Source of the DNA: Planctomycetota bacterium
GTDB lineage: Bacteria; Planctomycetota; UBA1135; GCA-002686595
Length of the DNA stretch: 21,876 nt
Direction: 5' to 3'
Assembly (NCBI GenBank): GCA_047618505.1
Contig: JBLHLB010000028.1
Span: 1-21,876 of the forward strand
Position 1 is the stretch's first letter; every line of letters begins with the position of its first letter. The notes under the pieces were generated by a model that worked only from the letters and a program-made list of their open reading frames with translations, did no database searches and had not been told where the DNA came from. Positions 15,875-21,876 of the stretch are shown here, piece by piece. The translations under genes and the position numbers were made by a program.

Positions 15875-15956
15875 CGCCGGGAAGGGAACCGTTTTAGGCC
15901 CCCGCCTCCGGGATTTTGGGCCAACAGTCTAGCCTGGGTCCTCCACAGGTCAATCC

Positions 15957-15998
15957 AGTGGGGCCCGGAGTGGGGCCCGGAGTGGGCCCGGAGCCCCG
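15957..15998. repeat. 12-nt tandem repeat AGTGGGGCCCGG, about 3.5 copies
   Basis: Copies at 15957-15968, 15969-15980 and 15981-15991 (the third is one G short), then a degenerate AGCCCCG. Each copy contains the self-complementary GGGCCC. The array lies 19-60 nt downstream of the dedA stop on the minus strand. Confidence 0.6.
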
Positions 15999-16016
15999 CC
16001 GCGGACGCCCGCTTTC

Positions 16017-16787
16017 CTAGGCCTCAGGGCCCGATTCGGACTCTTTTTCCAGCCCGGCACCGAATCCCAAGTCGGACTTGGGGGTGAATTTATCTGCTTG
16101 GGCCGCCATATCGACCGCTTCCTCGGGGGGGTCATCCCCGATCCACCTGCGGCGGGACAGCTTGGACTTGCGTTGGCGCCAGCCACGGATGACCAGGATC
16201 AGCACCAGACTGAGGGCGATGAAAGCCAGGATCAGGTGCAGATCGTGCATCGTGGACTTCAGGCGGTCGATTTGGGTCGCAAACAGCTTGCCCACCCAGA
16301 TCGAGATCGGAACCGTTAGAAGAACCCCAAGACCATCCAGGAGCAGGAATCGAAGGGTGTTCATCCCCATCGTCCCGGCCATGAAGTAGCCCGGGATGCG
16401 CGCGCCGGGGAAAAAGCGGAAGGAGAAGGTGGCCCAGCTGCCGTGCTCGTCAAAGCGCTCCTTCAGGCGCTTGAAACGGCGAGGGTGAAAGCGCCGTCTG
16501 ATCCAGGGCTTGTCGAGGGCTGTGGCCCCGTACTTCTTGCCCAGCATGAAGGGGATCGAGTCCCCCAGGAGGATCGCGCTGGAGCAAACCACCACGATGG
16601 GGAGGAATTCGACCTGGCCCTGGTGCAGTAAGAGACCTGCCCCGATCAGTGAGACTTCCTCCGGCAGGGGCAGACCGACGCCACAGAGGAGCAGAACGAT
16701 GAAGGGGGCCAGGTAGCTGAAGTCGCCAAAGAGCTGGTTCAGGGTCCCCTGCTCCTCTATCAGTGCCAGAAATGCCAGGTCCATCAT
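16017..16787 (-). CDS. DedA / SNARE-associated (VTT domain) family membrane protein
   Basis: Signature LPLPEEVSLIGAGLL and the G-x-x-x-M re-entrant region (FMAGTMGMN). About 4-6 hydrophobic helices. 256 aa. Confidence 0.8.
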   Translation of the reverse strand: MMDLAFLALIEEQGTLNQLFGDFSYLAPFIVLLLCGVGLPLPEEVSLIGAGLLLHQGQVEFLPIVVVCSSAILLGDSIPFMLGKKYGATALDKPWIRRRFHPRRFKRLKERFDEHGSWATFSFRFFPGARIPGYFMAGTMGMNTLRFLLLDGLGVLLTVPISIWVGKLFATQIDRLKSTMHDLHLILAFIALSLVLILVIRGWRQRKSKLSRRRWIGDDPPEEAVDMAAQADKFTPKSDLGFGAGLEKESESGPEA

Positions 16788-16993
16788 GGGGTCCCCCGGG
16801 ACGCGCCACAGAGGAGGGAGAGTATAGGTTCAGGGTGGCGCCCCCCGGAAGCTCCGAAGCCTTGAATAGGACCCCGCACCCCACGTAGTTGCTTTCAACC
16901 GGCCCGCGCCATGGGTACGTGGGCCACGGGCCGGATAGAATCCAGCCCTGACCGGTCTACCCATTTTGGGAGCGACCGGCGGCGAGGAATCTT

Positions 16994-17596
16994 ATGGACG
17001 GAATCTGGGAAGCAGTACGTGGCTGGTTCGGAGAAAACCTCTCGGACTTCACCACCTCAAAGATGTACCTGGCCTGCGCGATCGCCGGTGGGACTGTCAT
17101 TCTGAGTCAGCTTGGGCTTAACCTTTTTGGCCTAGGGGGCGACGGGGATGTCGATCCCGATGTGGATGTAGATGACATCGACGGCGGCGAGGGAATGCAC
17201 TTCCTGTCCGTGCGTGCCCTGTCGGCCTTCCTCATCTTTTTCGGCCTCGTCGGCAACGCTGGAGTTCAAGAGGGCTGGTCGACCCCGGTTCACACCTTGA
17301 CCGCTTTTGGTGCCGGCAGCTCCGTGATGGTTATGGTCGCATTCATCATGCGCTTCTTTATTCGCATGCAGTCCTCCGGGACGATCGATGCGCACGGAGC
17401 GGTTGGCATGACCGCGCAGGTATACCTACGCATCCCTGCGGAGCGATCGGGCAAGGGCAAGATCCAAGTGATGCTCCAGGGCCGCACCGCCGAGTTTCAA
17501 GCGGTAACCACCGGCGAGGCGATTCCCACTGGCGCTGCCTGTGTGATTCAGAAGCAGGTCACCAGTGACACGTTCGAAGTTCTGTTGGCGGAATGA
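16994..17596 (+). CDS. NfeD-like membrane protein (short NfeD/YuaF type with a C-terminal OB-fold), partner of flotillin
   Basis: N-terminal TM segments, an acidic GDGDVDPDVDVDD linker, a C-terminal beta-rich domain (GKGKIQVMLQGRTAEFQAVTT), and position immediately upstream of a flotillin gene. GAGGAA RBS 5 nt before the ATG. Confidence 0.7.
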   Translation: MDGIWEAVRGWFGENLSDFTTSKMYLACAIAGGTVILSQLGLNLFGLGGDGDVDPDVDVDDIDGGEGMHFLSVRALSAFLIFFGLVGNAGVQEGWSTPVHTLTAFGAGSSVMVMVAFIMRFFIRMQSSGTIDAHGAVGMTAQVYLRIPAERSGKGKIQVMLQGRTAEFQAVTTGEAIPTGAACVIQKQVTSDTFEVLLAE

Positions 17597-17740
17597 ATTT
17601 TTCGCCTTACGCAACGTTGAACCAATACGCCTGCTCCGCCAGCACCCTCCATTCACCCATTGAACACTCTAGCGACGCCTCTCAAGTTCGACCCACGGAC
17701 GGCGTTGCTCTCAATCTAACTTGCTTCTGAGGATCTACGC

Positions 17741-19408
17741 ATGTTGCACCCTTTTCTAGCCCAAAGCACTTGGGATACTTGGACTTACATCCCGGTGGCC
17801 CTGGCCCTCGTTCTCGTGGCCCTAGTGGTTGCCTTTTCAAGACGCTACAAGCGTTGCCCCTCCAACAGGATCCTGGTGATCTACGGTAAGACCTCTGCGG
17901 GTCGTACCTCGAAGACCCTGCACGGTGGCGGTGCCTTCGTGATACCCCTGATCCAGGACTACCAGTACCTGTCCCTGGATCCGATGCAAATCGAGATCCC
18001 CCTGGAGGGCGCGCTCTCCATTGAGAACATTCGCGTCAACGTTCCCTCTGTCTTCACGGTCGCCATCGGCACAGAGCCGGAGATCATGGAGAATGCCGCC
18101 ATTCGCCTCCTGGGGCTGACGGGTGCGGAGATCATGAAGCAGGCTGAGGACATCATCTTCGGTCAATTGCGCCAGGTGATCGCCTCCATGAAGATTGTGG
18201 AGATCAACCGCGACCGCGATACGTTCCTTTCCAGCGTTCAGATGTCCCTTGAGCCTGAGCTCAAGAAGATCGGTCTTGTGCTGATCAACGTGAACATCAA
18301 GGACATCAAGGATGAGTCCGGCTACATCGAGGCCATCGGTCGAAAGGCCGCTGCCGTCGCCATCAACCAGGCCATGATCGACGTGTCGATCCAGGAGAAG
18401 TCAGGCGCCATCGGAGTGGCCGAAGCGGACCGTGAGAAGTTCATTGTCGTTGCCGCTGCAGAAAAGGACCGCGATATTGGAACCCGGGAAGCCGAGCGTG
18501 AGCGTGCCGTCCGCCTCGCGGAGCTCGAAAAGGAGCGCATTATTGGCGAGCAGACTGCGGCCTATGAGCAGGAGGCCCAGGTGCGCGACCGTGAGCGCGA
18601 AATGCGCGTGCGAGTGGCGGACGCCAACGCAATGGCCATCGAGGGTGAAAACGAATCAAAGGGTCGCGTGGCCAAGGCCAACGCTCATCTGAAGGTCCAG
18701 GAGGCAGAGGCCTATCAGCTTGCAGAAACTCGTCGCAAGGAAGCCGAGGCCGGCGTGCTTGAGGCGTCCTACGTCGCCCAAACGAAGGCAGCGCAGGCGG
18801 AAGCTCTAAAGGTCGAAGCCGAGACGCGGGCCCAGCTCGAGTCCGTTTCACGAGCCCAGAAAGCCAAGGCTATCGTCGACGCCCAGGCGGACGCCGAAAG
18901 CCGCGTGATCCACGCCAAGGCCGAGGCCGAGGCGAACTACGCCGTGCTCGAAGCCGAAGCCCGCGGTCAGTACGAGATCCTTGCCAAGAAGGGTGAAGGT
19001 CTGCGCATGATCGTCGATAGCTGCGGCGGCGCCCAGGCGGCCTTCCAGATGCTCATGCTCGAGCACATGGATCACCTTTCCGAGACGGCGGCCAAGGCCA
19101 TCGCCAACGTCAAGTTCGACAAGGTCATCGTCTGGGACAACGGCCAGGGCGGCGAAGGCGGCAACGCGGCCACGGGCTTCCTCAAGGGGATGGCCGGTGC
19201 TCTGCCCCCGATGATGCAGATCATGAAGGACATCGGTGGCGTCGAGATGCCGGAGTTCTTTGGCAAGCTCGTCGGCGACGATGGCAAGACAGCTGCGGCC
19301 AGTGCCGTGGCCAGTGCGCCGGTAGCGGCGGATGTCGACGGGGATTCCGCCGACGACGGCTCAGCCGGCCCCGCAGAAGACTCCACCGCCAAGGGCTCCG
19401 AAGCCTGA
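17741..19408 (+). CDS. floT: Flotillin-family SPFH domain protein (FloT/YuaG-like)
   Basis: N-terminal TM helix, an SPFH/band 7 domain, and long EA/AEA-rich coiled-coil repeats (AEAEAEA...KAEAEANYAVLEAEARGQYE) typical of flotillins. 555 aa. Confidence 0.9.
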   Translation: MLHPFLAQSTWDTWTYIPVALALVLVALVVAFSRRYKRCPSNRILVIYGKTSAGRTSKTLHGGGAFVIPLIQDYQYLSLDPMQIEIPLEGALSIENIRVNVPSVFTVAIGTEPEIMENAAIRLLGLTGAEIMKQAEDIIFGQLRQVIASMKIVEINRDRDTFLSSVQMSLEPELKKIGLVLINVNIKDIKDESGYIEAIGRKAAAVAINQAMIDVSIQEKSGAIGVAEADREKFIVVAAAEKDRDIGTREAERERAVRLAELEKERIIGEQTAAYEQEAQVRDREREMRVRVADANAMAIEGENESKGRVAKANAHLKVQEAEAYQLAETRRKEAEAGVLEASYVAQTKAAQAEALKVEAETRAQLESVSRAQKAKAIVDAQADAESRVIHAKAEAEANYAVLEAEARGQYEILAKKGEGLRMIVDSCGGAQAAFQMLMLEHMDHLSETAAKAIANVKFDKVIVWDNGQGGEGGNAATGFLKGMAGALPPMMQIMKDIGGVEMPEFFGKLVGDDGKTAAASAVASAPVAADVDGDSADDGSAGPAEDSTAKGSEA

Positions 19409-20379
19409 TGCGCAACCGCCCCCGACGGAACCGCAAGAGCGCGGCCCTGCGCGAATTCGCCGCAGAGACCGCGCTCTCCGCCGATCGCTTCGTTTGGCCT
19501 GTCTTCATCCACGAAGGCGACCAGGACGAGGCGATCGACTCCATGCCGGGACAGTCGCGACTGTCACCGGAAGGTCTTCTGCGGGAAGTCGAAGGGGCCC
19601 TGGGGGAGGGGGTGCGGTCGATCGTGCTCTTTCCCCGTGTACCGGACGAGTTGAAGCATTCAGACGGGCGTGCCGTCCGAGATGCGGAGGGGTTGGTGCC
19701 GCGCTCGATCCGCGAGCTGAAGTCGCGCTTCCCCGAGCTGACGATCATCACCGATGTCGCCCTGGATCCCTACTCGCCGGATGGACACGACGGTATCGTC
19801 GCGCCGGATGGTCGGATCTTGAATGACGAGACCGTGGAGGTCCTCTGCGATCAAGCTGTGGTTCAGGCGGAAGCCGGGGCCGATGTGATCGCGCCCAGCG
19901 ACATGATGGACGGGCGTATCGGTGCGCTTCGCGATGCCTTGGACGCACGTGGTTTCACGGAGGTTTCACTGCTTTCCTATAGCGTGAAGTACGCCTCGGC
20001 CTTCTACGGTCCCTTCCGCGATGCACTGGATTCCGCGCCGAAGTCGGGCACGAAACAGAGCTATCAAATGGACCCGCGCAACGCGCGCGAAGCCCTGCGT
20101 GAGATCGCCCTGGACGAGAGCGAAGGTGCCGACATGTTGATGGTCAAGCCCGCCGGTGCGTACCTGGATGTGATCCGTGCCGTGCGCGATGTGACCACGC
20201 TGCCGGTGGCGGCCTATCAGGTTTCGGGCGAGTACGCGATGCTTGAGGCGGCGGCGCAAAACGGATGGCTGGATCGCCGCGCCGCTGTCCTAGAGAGCCT
20301 CGTGGCGATTCGTCGCGCCGGCGCGGACATGATCCTGACCTACTACGCGCGCAGGGCCGCGCGCTGGCTGGCAGAGTAA
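19408..20379 (+). CDS. hemB: Porphobilinogen synthase (delta-aminolevulinate dehydratase), Mg2+-type
   Basis: N-terminus RRNRKSAALREF. Active-site region SYSVKYASAFYGPFRD with the Schiff-base Lys in MVKPAGAYLDVI. An Asp-rich metal site DVALDPYSPDGHDG replaces the Cys-rich Zn site. The start overlaps the flotillin stop (TGATG). Confidence 0.95.
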   Translation: MRNRPRRNRKSAALREFAAETALSADRFVWPVFIHEGDQDEAIDSMPGQSRLSPEGLLREVEGALGEGVRSIVLFPRVPDELKHSDGRAVRDAEGLVPRSIRELKSRFPELTIITDVALDPYSPDGHDGIVAPDGRILNDETVEVLCDQAVVQAEAGADVIAPSDMMDGRIGALRDALDARGFTEVSLLSYSVKYASAFYGPFRDALDSAPKSGTKQSYQMDPRNAREALREIALDESEGADMLMVKPAGAYLDVIRAVRDVTTLPVAAYQVSGEYAMLEAAAQNGWLDRRAAVLESLVAIRRAGADMILTYYARRAARWLAE

Positions 20380-21182
20380 CAAAGACCGATTTCCGCGCAG
20401 GCGATTCCAAAGACCAATCCGGCGACCACGTCGGACAGCCAGTGCACTCCGAGGAGCAGTACAGCAATGGCGGTGAGCGCCGCGGAGATGTTCGCTGCGC
20501 GGCTGAGGCCTAGGGTGGGGCAGCCCTTGCGTCCTAGGCGCAGGGCACACCACCAGGCAGCAATGGTGCAAGAGACATGCAGGCTCGGAAAGCAGTTGTC
20601 GAGCGCGCTGCCGCCTCGCAAGGCGGCGGTGAGTCCCGGGAGAAGCTCTTCGATGATGGGACGTACGCCGGAGCCTTCAAACCATCCGATTTCTGCCACG
20701 GGGAAGAAGCAGTAGAAGGGCAGAGCGAGGATGTAGTTGGCGACGAGGGCGGCGATCCAGGTGTTGCGGATCGTGCGCTGTTCCGCGGCATCCCCGTGGA
20801 AGAGAGTCAGGGGCAGCAGCAGGGTTGCGACGAAGCCCGCGAGGTAGAACACGGTCAGGGCGAAGCGTACCGGCGTGGGCGTGATGGGCAGGAGCAGTGC
20901 CTGCAGACGTGCGACGGCGTCGCCCTCGATGGACTGAACCCAGGGGGTCAGGTCGTAGCCAAGCCACCCGCTGATGCGGGGGTCCAGGGAGCTCTGTAGA
21001 ACGTTGATGCCCACCACGACAGCGAGCAGGGCAATCATCCGCCGCCCGCTGGGCGACCCAAAGACCCAACGCCAGGCCCGGACGAGGGTCCCCAGGGGAT
21101 TGCGAGCGGGCTGGGCAATCCAAACGAGGATCGCCAACACGATGGGCGTCCCCAGCAACTCAATCAGCAGAAGCGAGCCCAT
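20343..21182 (-). CDS. PAP2 superfamily membrane phosphatase (phosphatidic acid phosphatase type 2 / haloperoxidase-like)
   Basis: PAP2 motifs PSLHVS and HWLSDVVAG (SxH ... SRxxxxxHxxxD-like) inside a six-TM protein. The 3' end overlaps the hemB 3' end by 37 nt on the opposite strand. Confidence 0.75.
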   Translation of the reverse strand: MGSLLLIELLGTPIVLAILVWIAQPARNPLGTLVRAWRWVFGSPSGRRMIALLAVVVGINVLQSSLDPRISGWLGYDLTPWVQSIEGDAVARLQALLLPITPTPVRFALTVFYLAGFVATLLLPLTLFHGDAAEQRTIRNTWIAALVANYILALPFYCFFPVAEIGWFEGSGVRPIIEELLPGLTAALRGGSALDNCFPSLHVSCTIAAWWCALRLGRKGCPTLGLSRAANISAALTAIAVLLLGVHWLSDVVAGLVFGIACAEIGLCYSASQRAALRA

Positions 21183-21199
21183 ATCGTGATGCTACGCAA

Positions 21200-21232
21200 T
21201 TGGCGGTACGGAACCAGGTCCCGTACCGCCAA
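21200..21232 (-). terminator. Perfect 12-bp stem-loop (TTGGCGGTACGG, 9-nt loop, CCGTACCGCCAA) between the upstream hypothetical gene and the PAP2 gene
   Basis: Exact inverted repeat. It is either an intercistronic terminator or attenuator on the minus strand, or a protein-binding palindrome. Confidence 0.35.
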
Positions 21233-21263
21233 GGTCCCTAACACCATGGACCTGTAGCGCGAG

Positions 21264-21848
21264 TTAGTCGAAGGAGACGCCTTCTTCGCCCTTGGTGATC
21301 GTGTAGCCCTCGACGAGAAGCTCCCCGGGCGTGGTGATACCGTATTGGATGCTGGGGGGGAGGGTGACTTCGACGACGAAGCCGCCGGTCGGTTTGGTGA
21401 AGACGGCACGGTTGGCTTCCGTGTCCCCGGTCTCCTCGAGGCGAATCAATGCCAGCATGCGCTCGCCGACTTCGCGCTGCGCCAACTCCTCCAAGTGCCT
21501 TGCGCAGTGATCGCAGGTCCAGCGCCAAAAAATGTAGGCGCCCGTGTCCGGGAGCGTGTTCGGATCAACAAACTTCGCCAGGGGCGTGTCGTGCACCAAC
21601 ATCCCTTCCCACTGATCGAGGGTGAAGGTCACGTAGAGGTTGTCCTCCGTCGCCGTCAACTGCGGCTCGCCATCAGCCTTGAACTCAATCTCGCGGTTGT
21701 GAATCCATGGCAAGGTCATGACGACAGCGGCGGCAATGATCGACGCGGAGAGGGGCAGTTGGAAGCCGCGGAAGCCGCGCCAGGGGCGGCCGGCCAGGAG
21801 TGCGGCGATAAACACCGTATCGATCGCCAGCATCAACTGCGGGGACAT
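21264..21848 (-). CDS. Hypothetical membrane-anchored protein; the N-terminus may extend past the window edge
   Basis: Two N-terminal hydrophobic helices, then a soluble domain containing a W-R-W-T-C-D-H-C (CxxC) motif. The frame stays open from 21848 to the window end, so the true start may be outside the window. Confidence 0.45.
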   Translation of the reverse strand: MSPQLMLAIDTVFIAALLAGRPWRGFRGFQLPLSASIIAAAVVMTLPWIHNREIEFKADGEPQLTATEDNLYVTFTLDQWEGMLVHDTPLAKFVDPNTLPDTGAYIFWRWTCDHCARHLEELAQREVGERMLALIRLEETGDTEANRAVFTKPTGGFVVEVTLPPSIQYGITTPGELLVEGYTITKGEEGVSFD

Positions 21849-21876
21849 GGGGACGTCCGACCCGAAGCAGCCGCAG

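Noticed and set aside
16450-16884. 144-aa minus-strand ORF overlapping the dedA 5' region
   Set aside because: Out of frame with the well-supported DedA CDS, with Pro/Gly/Arg-rich composition. Likely spurious.
17597-17740. Possible regulatory palindrome CAACGTTG between nfeD and the flotillin gene
   Set aside because: Only 8 bp and expected by chance at this length. No flanking symmetry.
1-21876. CRISPR arrays, IS elements, integrases, tRNA or rRNA genes
   Set aside because: I found no regularly spaced direct repeats, no transposase or integrase-like translations in the ORF track and no tRNA-like cloverleaf candidates. The window looks like core chromosome, not a mobile island.

Overview
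This is a high-GC (~65%) bacterial chromosomal window that is densely coding, with no rRNA, tRNA, CRISPR or obvious mobile element. The first ~8.8 kb is a tightly coupled five-gene plus-strand operon whose genes either share an ATGA start/stop overlap or sit 3-6 nt apart. It encodes: (1) a secreted cytochrome c with 17 CxxCH heme sites; (2) an integral membrane protein with paired histidines 14 residues apart in two parallel helices, which I predict is a di-heme b-type carrier; (3) a cytoplasmic protein with two cNMP-binding domains fused to a four-cluster [4Fe-4S] ferredoxin; (4) a protein with a cytoplasmic FHA domain, one TM helix and a periplasmic 15-heme cytochrome; (5) an FHA-GAF-class III adenylate cyclase. 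Taken together this looks like a transmembrane electron-transfer conduit wired to cAMP and phospho-threonine signalling. As far as I know it is not a described system. The rest of the window is housekeeping or membrane-associated: a glutamate-synthase-family FMN protein, a DEDDy 3'-5' exonuclease, a GT-C-like glycosyltransferase, RsfS with an apparent non-canonical start, the H+-pyrophosphatase HppA, DedA, an NfeD-flotillin pair, Mg-type HemB, a PAP2 phosphatase and a membrane-anchored hypothetical. Several intergenic hairpins and repeats are noted. All calls rest on reading the translated ORFs and the sequence by eye; no database searches were run.
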